Source: an uncultured Sangeribacter sp.
GTDB lineage: Bacteria; Bacteroidota; Bacteroidia; Bacteroidales; Muribaculaceae
DNA: 64,000 nucleotides
NCBI GenBank assembly: GCA_964421525.1
Contig: CAYQXG010000002.1
Coordinates: forward strand, 367-64,366
Direction of reading: 5' to 3'
The notes under the pieces are model-generated. The model was not told where the DNA came from and made no database searches. It was given only the letters and a program-made list of their open reading frames with translations. How positions within the stretch are numbered: the stretch's first letter is position 1; every line of letters starts with the position of its first letter. A program made the position numbers and the translations under genes. This document shows, piece by piece, positions 1 to 9,192 of this stretch.

Positions 1-1
1 A

Positions 2-1891
2 CTTGCAACCCTTGCGCATCTGCCTGCTTTCGGTGGCGAAAAAGATATTATTAAGGCTATAACGCTTCTTCCGGGGGTCAGAAGTGAAGGAGACGGAGGC
101 GGCGGTTTTGAGGTTAGAGGAGGCAATGCCTACCAGAATCTCGTGTTACTTGACTGTATATCGCTTTATAATCCATCACATGTGATGGGTATATTCTCAA
201 CATTCAACGACGATGCTCTTGGAAGCGCCACTATTTTCAAGGGTCCGATTCCCGCTATGTATGGTGATGCCACCTCCTCTGTTCTCGAAACCTCTCTTAT
301 GCCGGGCGACATGGAAAGCTATCATGCCTCTGCCACTATCGGTATACTCGCTGCAAAAGTGAAGGTGGAAGGACCGATAGTCAAGGATAAATTGTCTTTT
401 GCCGTCACCGGGCGCCGCTCCTATGTGGATGCATTTCTGAAGATGGTCCCAAAATACAGAAGCACAGTGATGAATTTCTATGACATCACTGCAAAAATGC
501 GATATACTCCTTCTTCCGACCATATCATAGACGCCTCTTTCTTCGTTGGCCACGACAATATGGCAATCAGCCACTTGATGGGACTATATTGGGGAAATCT
601 CGGAGCTTCGCTCAACTGGGTTGCCCGTAAAAGTGGTAATCTGACATTTACAACCACCGCTTCATTGACCCATTTCGATCCAAAGATGGAAATGGATATC
701 ATGGATCTCAATCAGGCAATGTGGACCTATATACACAACTATTCACTCAATGAGAAGATTCGTTGGCAATTATCTGAAAAACATACCATGGAATTTGGAC
801 TCCGTTCCGAATTGCTTAGGGTGAAATCTGCAGAATGGCTACTGAATGAAGCAAAGGAGAGGGAGATCCGTTCATTATGGCAAAACTCTGCCTGGATTGA
901 GTATTCAGGTTCATTTTCCGACAAGGTGGACCTGACTGCCGGTGTCAGACTAAATGTGTCGTCAGTTTTGTCGCAAAGCCGTTTCCATGAATTCCTATCC
1001 TCTTATAATGTGCCTAATCAATTTGACGACAAGACTTATGTTGATGTACAACCAAGAATAAATATAAAATATAATATAACCGGACAGCATAATATCAAGG
1101 CAGGCATTGGCACATCCTCACAGGATCTCCATGCCATACGCACCACGACAACTTCCTTCCCCTTCGACCGTTATGCGCTGACTTCTGCTGATGTAAAGCC
1201 GGAACAAGCGGTACAATACGCTGTAGGCTACACTGGAATGACTGAAACAGGAGCATTCGACTGGTCGGTTGAGACATACTTCCGCGACATGCAAAATGTG
1301 TATGACTACAAGGATGGTCGGTCCTCTTTTTCCGATATTGCTCTTGAAAGCATAATACTTGGAGGGAAAGGGAGAAGCTATGGCGCCGAGTTCATGATCC
1401 GTAAGAACACTGGAAGACTGACCGGTTGGATAGCATACACTCTATCTAAAACAGAGACAAAAATACCGGGAATCAACGAGGGCAGATGGTATAATGCTTC
1501 AAACGACAGAAGGAATGACTTCGCAATCACAGCAATCTATCGGCTCACTGACAGATGGAGTTTTTCCGGTTCTTGGATTTTCCTGTCCGGTCAACCGCTC
1601 ACTGCTCCCGACGTGAAATATGAAATTGCAGGAGAAACGTGCTATTATTATTCAGGTCGCAACACCTACAAGACTCCGCCTATCCATCGTCTTGACCTTT
1701 CGGCAACCTACACCCATGTGGGCAAGAAATTCACATACGAATGGGCTTTCGGCATCTACAACACATATTGCCGCTACAATCCCTATGTGATCTATTTTAA
1801 GGATGACCCCACGAAACCATCCGGCACCCAGGCTGTGCAGCAGGCCATGTACGGACTGGTTCCCTCCGCTTCCTATACTCTTAAGTTTTAA
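2..1891 (+). CDS. TonB-dependent receptor (5'-partial, begins before window)
   Basis: Frame is open from base 2 (LATLAHLPAFGGEKDIIKAITLLPGV...VRGG plug motif). Amphipathic beta-strands and C-terminal aromatic YTLKF. Confidence 0.9.
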   Translation, partial: LATLAHLPAFGGEKDIIKAITLLPGVRSEGDGGGGFEVRGGNAYQNLVLLDCISLYNPSHVMGIFSTFNDDALGSATIFKGPIPAMYGDATSSVLETSLMPGDMESYHASATIGILAAKVKVEGPIVKDKLSFAVTGRRSYVDAFLKMVPKYRSTVMNFYDITAKMRYTPSSDHIIDASFFVGHDNMAISHLMGLYWGNLGASLNWVARKSGNLTFTTTASLTHFDPKMEMDIMDLNQAMWTYIHNYSLNEKIRWQLSEKHTMEFGLRSELLRVKSAEWLLNEAKEREIRSLWQNSAWIEYSGSFSDKVDLTAGVRLNVSSVLSQSRFHEFLSSYNVPNQFDDKTYVDVQPRINIKYNITGQHNIKAGIGTSSQDLHAIRTTTTSFPFDRYALTSADVKPEQAVQYAVGYTGMTETGAFDWSVETYFRDMQNVYDYKDGRSSFSDIALESIILGGKGRSYGAEFMIRKNTGRLTGWIAYTLSKTETKIPGINEGRWYNASNDRRNDFAITAIYRLTDRWSFSGSWIFLSGQPLTAPDVKYEIAGETCYYYSGRNTYKTPPIHRLDLSATYTHVGKKFTYEWAFGIYNTYCRYNPYVIYFKDDPTKPSGTQAVQQAMYGLVPSASYTLKF

Positions 1892-1904
1892 TGTAGAAAT
1901 ATAT

Positions 1905-2768
1905 ATGATTTATAAGAAACATAAGATTTCCAAGATAATAAAATTAGGCATTATGCACTGGGCATTATGCATTAAATCAGCTGCATTATGCATTTTGGTT
2001 TTGCTTTTGGCATCGTGTGAAAAAGATCTTGACCTCAAATATCACGAAATTGATCCACTTACTGTAATAGAGGCCGAACTCACTCCGGATGGCATCAAGG
2101 TTGCCTTGAAGCTTACCACTCCTATGGACGAGCCAATGGACCGCACTCTGCTCACAGATGCCGATGTCTCCCTTACCGACCTTACATCGGGAGTCTCTTA
2201 CTCACTATCCTCCGACAATGAAGGATATTTCGTAAATCCGACTCCCGGAATAATTGGTCATATCTACAAGCTGACTGTGGCAAGAAAAGGTGAAGTCTAT
2301 GAAGCGGAGACAGTCATGTATCCAGCTACGGAAATCCTAAGTCTTGAATTCAACTGGATAAACATGCCTTATGATCAGGTGGCTGTATTCCAGGCGCAGT
2401 ATACAGAGGATCCATTGCAAAATGGCGACTGCTATTGGATAAAGTTGTATCGCAACGGAGAAATTTATTTATGGCAGGAGGCCGACGACAGAAGTGCAGT
2501 AGATGGTGTCGGCACATTCTTTACCATGACTTCACGTAGGGACACCGATGAGGAAGATGACGATGAAGTGCTTTTCGATGGAGATGTGATGACTTTCTCT
2601 ATTTGCCGTATTTCCCGAGAAATGCACAATTATCTCGAAGCACTGCAAAATGACAGCAGCGGACCGGCCATGTTCTCCGGACCTCGTTGCCTCGGCTATT
2701 TTATTGCCACCTCCCCTACTTCACAATCCATAACATTCCATCCGGACCAAATTCCAACCTACCATTAG
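1905..2768 (+). CDS. DUF4249-family lipoprotein
   Basis: Lipobox LLLASC followed by EKDLDL...VIEAEL; C-terminal LGYF motif; directly follows a TBDR. Start may instead be 1953. Confidence 0.75.
   Translation: MIYKKHKISKIIKLGIMHWALCIKSAALCILVLLLASCEKDLDLKYHEIDPLTVIEAELTPDGIKVALKLTTPMDEPMDRTLLTDADVSLTDLTSGVSYSLSSDNEGYFVNPTPGIIGHIYKLTVARKGEVYEAETVMYPATEILSLEFNWINMPYDQVAVFQAQYTEDPLQNGDCYWIKLYRNGEIYLWQEADDRSAVDGVGTFFTMTSRRDTDEEDDDEVLFDGDVMTFSICRISREMHNYLEALQNDSSGPAMFSGPRCLGYFIATSPTSQSITFHPDQIPTYH
1947..1995 (+). repeat. 7-bp tandem repeat (TGCATTA-like x7) in signal-peptide coding region
   Basis: GGCATTA TGCACTG GGCATTA TGCATTA AATCAGC TGCATTA TGCATTT; unbroken 7-nt register, one divergent unit. 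Confidence 0.85.
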
Positions 2769-2822
2769 ACTTTCCCACTTATAGATCGATGAACTTATGG
2801 CATCATGGGATGTTTTGGAAGT

Positions 2823-4736
2823 ATGGAAAACACACAAAAAGATAATATTTTCCCAATTACTGCTGATGGGGTTGAAAAATTCCTTTCCGGCCATTGGGTG
2901 GAAGGTATAGGTCCTGTGTATGCCCGGCGTATTGTCGAAAGGTTTGGCACTGATGCTCTTTGCATTTTGCGTGATCAGCCCGAAAAAATTGAGGCGATTC
3001 CGGGTTTAGGAAAATTACGTGTCCACGCAGCCTCCGATAGTTTGAAATCAATGAGCCAGCCGATGGCCCTTGTGGCTTTCCTTTACTCTTGTGGTGTAAG
3101 CGACATGTATATAGGCAGAATTTTCGGTAAATATCGTAGGAGGGCTCAAGAAGTCGTAGTGACCGATCCTTATTCAATGGTAGAGGATGTATGGCAACTA
3201 TCATTTTTCACTGCAGATAAAATTGGGAAGGCTCTTGGTATAGCTGAGGATGACAGTAGAAGGTTGAAAGGGGCCTTAGTGACTTCAGTGAAGCATTTTG
3301 CAGAGGAGGGAAGTCTTTTTGCCACTCCGGATGAAGCGGTTGCTCATGCTGCTGCTTTGGCTCATGTCGATCCCGATAAAATAGCAAGTGTAATTACTAA
3401 TATAGTGGCTGATGGCAGGCTTGTACAAAGCCGGGGAGGACTATATCTGCCGGTCTTCTATAAGGCAGAGAAAGAAGGAGCGGAGAAACTATTATCGCTC
3501 GCCTCAGAAAGCGTTTCTGCTGTTTCGGACGAGGATATTCCCCACTCTTCAATATCAGGCTTACAATACTCGCCTGCGCAAATCGACGCCATACGTGTCG
3601 CGCTTGCTTCTCCGGTTATGGTGCTTACTGGTGGTCCCGGGTCAGGAAAGACCACTGTCTTGAAGGGGGTCATAGAGACTCTTGAAAAAGATGGAAAGAA
3701 GGTTACGCTTTGCGCGCCAACTGGACGCGCTGCAAAACGTATGTCTGTCCTTACAGGCAGGGAGGCAAGCACTATTCATCGTCTGCTTGGATATCGGGAA
3801 GGAGAAGGTTACAACAAACGGCTCATAGATACTGACGTACTGATTATCGACGAAGGGTCGATGATGGAGCAGGTGCTCTTTAACCATTTGCTCGATGCTG
3901 TGCGACATGGAACGAAAGTGATACTTGTTGGAGATGCTGATCAATTGCCCGCAATCGGAGCGGGTGATGTACTGAATGATTTAATCAAGTCTGGAACTGT
4001 ACCGGTGGTTCATCTTGAAGAAAATTTCCGGCAGAAAGAAGGGAGCATGATAGCTTCCGGGGCGCGATCAATAAATGCGGGGATAATCCCGGATTCTGAT
4101 GCTGAACGTGATTTCATGATTTTTGAAGAGAATGGCGTAAAGGCAATCCACGACCGCATTGTGTCTTTGATGACAGAGGAATTACCTAAAAAGAGAGGGA
4201 TATCACCGGCAGATATTCAAGTTGTTTCCCCGCAGCAGATTGGACCCCTTGGTGCACGTCAGCTAAATATTGATTTGCAGGAACGTCTTAATCCCGATGG
4301 CCCCTCGATAAGACGGGGTGCTACTATAATGCGACTTGGTGATCCGGTCATGCAAACCGCCAATTCAAGGGAAAGAGGGGTCTATAACGGCGAGACCGGT
4401 GTTATAACTGCAGTCAATCCGGAATTGCAGACATTGGAAGTGACATTCGGCGATGGCAGAAAATCGGAATATAAACGGAGTGAGCTCACTGAATTGGTTC
4501 TTTCTTATGCCACTACAGTCCATAAACTTCAGGGTTCAGAAATCAAAAATATGATATTTCCCATAACTATGGCTCATAAACCAATGTTGTATCGCAATCT
4601 CCTTTATACGGGAGTAAGCCGTGCCACGGATCTATGTGTGCTTGTAGGTGAAAAGGAAGCGCTCGAATATGCCGTAGGAAACACCCCGGCTTCCACCCGC
4701 AATTCAAACTTCAAACACCGCCTTAAACTGCATTGA
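2823..4736 (+). CDS. recD2: ATP-dependent RecD2-like SF1B DNA helicase
   Basis: HhH GIGP motif, Walker A GGPGSGKT, APTGRAA, IDEGSM, GDADQL, YATTVHKLQGSE, LLYTGVSRA. Confidence 0.9.
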   Translation: MENTQKDNIFPITADGVEKFLSGHWVEGIGPVYARRIVERFGTDALCILRDQPEKIEAIPGLGKLRVHAASDSLKSMSQPMALVAFLYSCGVSDMYIGRIFGKYRRRAQEVVVTDPYSMVEDVWQLSFFTADKIGKALGIAEDDSRRLKGALVTSVKHFAEEGSLFATPDEAVAHAAALAHVDPDKIASVITNIVADGRLVQSRGGLYLPVFYKAEKEGAEKLLSLASESVSAVSDEDIPHSSISGLQYSPAQIDAIRVALASPVMVLTGGPGSGKTTVLKGVIETLEKDGKKVTLCAPTGRAAKRMSVLTGREASTIHRLLGYREGEGYNKRLIDTDVLIIDEGSMMEQVLFNHLLDAVRHGTKVILVGDADQLPAIGAGDVLNDLIKSGTVPVVHLEENFRQKEGSMIASGARSINAGIIPDSDAERDFMIFEENGVKAIHDRIVSLMTEELPKKRGISPADIQVVSPQQIGPLGARQLNIDLQERLNPDGPSIRRGATIMRLGDPVMQTANSRERGVYNGETGVITAVNPELQTLEVTFGDGRKSEYKRSELTELVLSYATTVHKLQGSEIKNMIFPITMAHKPMLYRNLLYTGVSRATDLCVLVGEKEALEYAVGNTPASTRNSNFKHRLKLH

Positions 4737-4770
4737 CAACGACTCTGCCATTTCTAAAATACAGAAAAAC

Positions 4771-4817
4771 AACAAGCACACAGTCTGGAATTCGTCTCCG
4801 TCTGCGTGCTTGTTTAT
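4771..4817. terminator. Probable bidirectional intrinsic terminator between recD2 and tRNA-Arg
   Basis: AACAAGCACACAG ... CTGCGTGCTTGTT inverted repeat flanked by A- and T-rich runs, between convergent genes. Confidence 0.6.
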
Positions 4818-4820
4818 TCG

Positions 4821-4892
4821 TACCTCCGAGGGGAATCGAACCCCTATCTAAAGTTTAGGAAACTTCTATTCTATCCGTTGAACTACAGAGGC
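4821..4892 (-). tRNA. tRNA-Arg(CCT)
   Basis: Reverse complement GCCTCTGTAGTTCAACGGATAGAATAGAAGTTTCCTAAACTTTAGATAGGGGTTCGATTCCCCTCGGAGGTA folds as a cloverleaf; anticodon loop TTCCTAA, T-loop TTCGATT; CCA not encoded. Confidence 0.96.
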
Positions 4893-4920
4893 AAACCGTG
4901 ATTTGTCACTTTTTTCTCTG

Positions 4921-4928
4921 CAAAGTTA
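4921..4928 (-). promoter_or_regulatory. Bacteroidetes sigmaA -7 box for tRNA-Arg
   Basis: TAACTTTG on minus strand 28 nt upstream of the tRNA. Confidence 0.7.
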
Positions 4929-5047
4929 ATATATTTTTGCGATTTATGCAATTTATTTTAGTGTCTTGCCATTTTTTTTTCATCTATTATTCCACAGAAT
5001 CGGGATTTATTTGTTAATCTATTAAAGCACCTTGAAAAACTCAAGCA

Positions 5048-5545
5048 ATGAAAGAGAAAAAGATAGAAATAACATACAAATCTGTGTCTCCCGATGAGTT
5101 GTCGGCTGAAGACCGGGAGTTGATCGCCAAAGCTAAGGATATGACTTACAAAAGTTATTCCCCATACTCCCATTTCAATGTGGGGGCTGCAATCAGAATG
5201 AAAGATGGCTCGGTGGTATGCGGTTCTAATCAGGAGAATGCTGCCTATCCGTCAGGGATGTGCGCTGAACGCACTGCATGCTATCAGGCATCTGCTTTAA
5301 ATCCCGGAATGCCTATGTCTAAGATTGCAATAGCTGCACGTAATGTTGGCAATTTCCCAAAAGGAGATGAAAATAAGGCTCCTTTTCAGAGCATGCCGAT
5401 TTCTCCATGTGGCGCATGCCGGCAGGCTCTACTTGAATATGAGCATTTGTATGGGCCTATTGAGATTATCCTTTATGGGGCTGACGAAACCTTTGTGTTT
5501 CCATCGGTTGGGAGTCTGCTCCCCTTCTCTTTTACAGAATTTTAA
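5048..5545 (+). CDS. cdd: Cytidine deaminase
   Basis: YSPYSHFNVGAA, NQENAAYPSGMCAER, SPCGACRQ zinc motifs. Confidence 0.95.
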   Translation: MKEKKIEITYKSVSPDELSAEDRELIAKAKDMTYKSYSPYSHFNVGAAIRMKDGSVVCGSNQENAAYPSGMCAERTACYQASALNPGMPMSKIAIAARNVGNFPKGDENKAPFQSMPISPCGACRQALLEYEHLYGPIEIILYGADETFVFPSVGSLLPFSFTEF

Positions 5546-5582
5546 TTGAAAAAATATATAATTGAAAAACACAATAAATATT

Positions 5583-6530
5583 ATGGAAGAAATTAAAAAC
5601 ATCAACGAGACTGAGAACGCAACACAGTCTGAACCCGTATACACCGGTAAACATCGCGCCGGCTTTGTAAACATAGTGGGTAATCCTAACGTTGGGAAAT
5701 CCACACTTATGAACGATCTCGTAGGAGAAAGAATCTCGATTATAACCTCAAAGGCACAGACCACCCGTCACAGAATCACGGGTATTGTCAACACCCCGGA
5801 ATATCAGATCGTATTCAGCGACACTCCGGGTGTGCTTAAACCTAAATATAAGCTTCAGGAATCAATGCTGGAGTTCTCCGAGGGTGCCCTCACCGACGCT
5901 GACATACTTCTATATGTCACCGACGTTGTTGAAGACCCGGAGAAAAACAAGGATTTTCTTGATCGCGTTGCTAAAGAGACAATACCTGTTCTTCTGGTAA
6001 TAAACAAGGTTGATCTACTTAAGAACAATGAGGAACTTGACAAACTGATTGAGGCTTGGAAATCTCGTTTGCCAAAAGCTGAAGTATTCCCTATCAGTGC
6101 AACCGAGAATTTTAACGTCGACAATCTGAAGTCACGCATTGTGGAGCTTCTTCCTCCATCACCTCCATTCTTTGGCAAGGATGCATTGACCGACAAGCCT
6201 ATGCGTTTCTTTGTAACTGAAATCATCCGTGAGAAACTTCTTCTTAACTATGACAAGGAAATTCCTTATTCAGCAGAAGTGCTCGTGGAGAAATTCGAGG
6301 AGAAAGAGAATTCAATTCATATCATGGCTGTGATATATGTAGAACGAGATACTCAGAAAGGTATCATCATCGGCAAAGGTGGTGAGAAAATCAAGAAAAT
6401 CGGTATCGCTGCACGTCAGGATATTGAGAAATTCTTCGACAAGAAAGTTTATCTCGAGCTCTTTGTGAAGGTAGAAAAAGACTGGAGAAATCGTGAGAAT
6501 AAGCTCCGTCAATTCGGATATATTGAATAA
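5583..6530 (+). CDS. era: GTPase Era
   Basis: GNPNVGKS, QTTR, DTPG, NKVD; KH domain GIIIGKGG. ATG at 5583 preferred over the upstream TTG. Confidence 0.96.
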   Translation: MEEIKNINETENATQSEPVYTGKHRAGFVNIVGNPNVGKSTLMNDLVGERISIITSKAQTTRHRITGIVNTPEYQIVFSDTPGVLKPKYKLQESMLEFSEGALTDADILLYVTDVVEDPEKNKDFLDRVAKETIPVLLVINKVDLLKNNEELDKLIEAWKSRLPKAEVFPISATENFNVDNLKSRIVELLPPSPPFFGKDALTDKPMRFFVTEIIREKLLLNYDKEIPYSAEVLVEKFEEKENSIHIMAVIYVERDTQKGIIIGKGGEKIKKIGIAARQDIEKFFDKKVYLELFVKVEKDWRNRENKLRQFGYIE

Positions 6531-6538
6531 TAAGTATA

Positions 6539-6630
6539 AATTTTGAATTGAGAAATTTGAATTATTTTCAGTTAACCAGAAACATGAAGGCTGACTTTAA
6601 TTCAAAAATCCAAATTCTCAATTCTCAATT
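6539..6630. repeat. Inverted pair of heptamer tracts between era and der
   Basis: Left AATTTTG AATTGAG AAATTTG AATT; right AATTCAA AAATCCA AATTCTC AATTCTC AATT; the tracts are imperfectly complementary. Confidence 0.75.
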
Positions 6631-6639
6631 AACAAGTAT

Positions 6640-7956
6640 ATGAGTAAGTTAGTAGCAATAGTAGGGCGGCCGAACGTAGGAAAGTCTACGCTCTTCAACC
6701 GTTTGACGCAGACAAGAGCCGCCATCGTAGATGATACTTCCGGCACAACACGCGACCGGCAGTATGGTAAAGTCGACTGGGACGGCCAGGAATTTTCAAT
6801 AGTCGACACAGGCGGTTGGGTTGTCAATTCCGATGATATTTTTGAGGAAGAGATCAATAAGCAGGTGCATATTGCCATTGAAGAGGCCGACGTTATCCTT
6901 TTTGTAGTGGATAGTTCTGTTGGTGTCACCGACCTTGACGACAAAGTGGCGGCGATACTGCGCCGTAGCAAGAAACCGGTTATCGTAGTTGCAAACAAGG
7001 AAGACAAGAGCGACTCAAAATATAATGTAGCGGAATTTTATTCCTTGGGACTCGGAGATCCTATCGAGGTTTCATCTGCCAATGGCTCGGGAACAGGTGA
7101 TCTTCTTGATGAAATAATAAAGGACTTTCCGGATACTCCGGACAAGGATGAGACAGAAGAAAACATTGCGAAATTCGCGATCGTAGGGCGTCCAAATGCA
7201 GGAAAATCTTCCCTTATCAATGCCTTTATTGGAGAGGAACGTCATATAGTGACCGATATCGCGGGCACCACTCGAGATTCGATCTATCACAGGTATAATA
7301 AATTTGGCTTCGATTTCTATCTTGTCGACACTGCCGGAATCAGGAAGAAACAGAAGGTGAACGAAGACATAGAATATTATTCAGTTATACGTTCCATCAG
7401 GGCTATCGAAGCTTCCGATGTCTGCATATTAATGATAGATGCCACGCGTGGTATAGAGGGACAGGATGCCAACATCTTCTCTCTGATTCAGAAGAACCGT
7501 AAGGGTCTTGTGGTTTGTGTCAACAAGTGGGATATAGCTGAAGACCGTAGCCTTGAAGCTCAGAAGCGTCTTGAAACAGCAATCCGCAGCAAGTTTGCAC
7601 CTTTCACAGACTTCCCTATTATCTTCGCGTCAGCCTTGACCAAACAGCGTATCTACAATGTGCTTGAGACAGCTGTGAAGGTATACGAAAATAGAAGGAG
7701 AGTGATTCCTACATCGCAGTTAAACACCTATATGCTTGAGGAAATTGCTATTACTCCTCCTCCAAGCAACAAAGGAAAGTTTGTAAAGATAAAATATGTC
7801 ACAATGCTTAAGGATTCAATCATCCCGACATTCGTATTCTTCTGCAATCTGCCTCAATGGGTGAAGGAGCCATATCGTCGCTTCCTCGAAAATAAGATAC
7901 GTGCGAAATGGGATTTCAACGGCACTCCTATCCAGATTTTCATGCGTGAAAAGTAA
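6640..7956 (+). CDS. der: Ribosome biogenesis GTPase Der (EngA)
   Basis: Two GTPase domains ([16 protein letters not shown]) and a KH-like C-terminus. Confidence 0.97.
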   Translation: MSKLVAIVGRPNVGKSTLFNRLTQTRAAIVDDTSGTTRDRQYGKVDWDGQEFSIVDTGGWVVNSDDIFEEEINKQVHIAIEEADVILFVVDSSVGVTDLDDKVAAILRRSKKPVIVVANKEDKSDSKYNVAEFYSLGLGDPIEVSSANGSGTGDLLDEIIKDFPDTPDKDETEENIAKFAIVGRPNAGKSSLINAFIGEERHIVTDIAGTTRDSIYHRYNKFGFDFYLVDTAGIRKKQKVNEDIEYYSVIRSIRAIEASDVCILMIDATRGIEGQDANIFSLIQKNRKGLVVCVNKWDIAEDRSLEAQKRLETAIRSKFAPFTDFPIIFASALTKQRIYNVLETAVKVYENRRRVIPTSQLNTYMLEEIAITPPPSNKGKFVKIKYVTMLKDSIIPTFVFFCNLPQWVKEPYRRFLENKIRAKWDFNGTPIQIFMREK

Positions 7957-7999
7957 TCTCACTTGAAGCATGAAGACCGACAACTGAAGACTTATAAGT

Positions 8000-8698
8000 A
8001 TGAATAAACCAAAATTAGTGATTAGTTCCGGGGCCGGCATCAGTGCCGAGTCAGGAATTAAAACATTCCGTGATGCAGGTGGCTTGTGGGAAAACTATCC
8101 TGTCATGGATGTGGCTTCAGCCGACGGATTTCGTAGGAATCCGGCTCTTGTGCATGAGTTCTATAATCAGCGACGTCGCGAACTTCTGAAAGCTCAGTCT
8201 AATGAGGCTCATCGTGCACTCGTTGACCTTGAGAAAGACTATGATGTCTATATCATAACCCAGAATGTGGATGATCTTCATGAAAGGGCGGGGTCCAAGA
8301 ATGTGCTTCATCTTCATGGAGAACTAATGAAGATACGCTCCATCTCTAATCCCGACTATGTGGAGACTCTCGATATTGATCATCTTGAAACCACTCCCGC
8401 CACAAAGGGTAAGAATGGAGATTTTATGCGTCCTCATATTGTTTTCTTTCAGGAAGCTGTGCCTAATATTGAAAAGGCCATGGAGCTCGCTCATGAAGCT
8501 GATATATTCTGTGTCATCGGTACGAGCCTTGCAGTCTATCCGGCTGCCGGTCTGATTTATTCGGTCAGGAAAGGGATTCCTATCTACTATATTGATCCGA
8601 AGCCTGCTGCAACACCTGATATCCCCAATCTTACAGTCATACCGGAGATTGCATCAAAAGGACTCAAGACTCTATCAAGGATTCTTCGCAAGGAATAG
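8000..8698 (+). CDS. cobB: NAD-dependent protein deacylase (sirtuin)
   Basis: GAGISAESGIKTFR, TQNVDDLHERAG, HLHG, GTSLAVYPAA. Confidence 0.93.
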   Translation: MNKPKLVISSGAGISAESGIKTFRDAGGLWENYPVMDVASADGFRRNPALVHEFYNQRRRELLKAQSNEAHRALVDLEKDYDVYIITQNVDDLHERAGSKNVLHLHGELMKIRSISNPDYVETLDIDHLETTPATKGKNGDFMRPHIVFFQEAVPNIEKAMELAHEADIFCVIGTSLAVYPAAGLIYSVRKGIPIYYIDPKPAATPDIPNLTVIPEIASKGLKTLSRILRKE

Positions 8699-8720
8699 CC
8701 TCTATATAAATATTGAACCG

Positions 8721-8776
8721 ATCTCATAGACTTGTGGAATACTTTAGGTTTCTGCAATTCTATGAGATATTTTTTT
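8721..8776 (+). terminator. Intrinsic terminator after cobB
   Basis: ATCTCATAGA...TCTATGAGAT stem followed by a T7 run. Confidence 0.65.
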
Positions 8777-8867
8777 GTGTTATATTGCACACATTTTTAA
8801 AATTGCGCTGATTACTAAATATTGTTAAACCTTATGCCGTTGGTATAGCCGTTAACTTTTTTTTGCT

Positions 8868-8875
8868 TATCTTTG
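8868..8875 (+). promoter_or_regulatory. sigmaA -7 box for the oxidoreductase operon
   Basis: TATCTTTG 64 nt upstream of the ferredoxin ATG. Confidence 0.6.
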
Positions 8876-8939
8876 TAAGTGCAAGTCAAAACATTTGCTG
8901 TCTTGCATACGTAAAAAAGTATAATATACTGCAAAACCA

Positions 8940-9170
8940 ATGGCAAAAATACAAGGAGCAGTTACCGTCAACAAAGAGCGGTGTAAAGGCTGCAATCTCT
9001 GTGTGGTCGCTTGTCCGACCGATACTCTGTCGCTTCAACCTTATGAAGTGAACGACCGCGGTTATCATTTCGCCTATATGTCAAATCCCGAGTCTTGTAT
9101 CGGATGTTGCAGCTGTGCGCTCGTATGCCCGGATGCCTGCATTGAAGTGTATAGGGTCCGTGTAGACTAA
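8940..9170 (+). CDS. 2x[4Fe-4S] ferredoxin (delta subunit of 2-oxoacid oxidoreductase)
   Basis: CKGCNLCVVACP and CIGCCSCALVCP motifs. Confidence 0.93.
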   Translation: MAKIQGAVTVNKERCKGCNLCVVACPTDTLSLQPYEVNDRGYHFAYMSNPESCIGCCSCALVCPDACIEVYRVRVD

Positions 9171-9192
9171 CTGAAAACTGAAAACTAAAAAT

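Noticed and set aside
1-4892. Possible island integrated at the tRNA-Arg 3' end
   Set aside because: No integrase or duplicated tRNA end is visible; flanking genes look chromosomal.
4988-4996. TATTCCACA (also reversed near 8733) as DnaA boxes
   Set aside because: Imperfect and isolated; one lies in a terminator stem; no cluster defining oriC.
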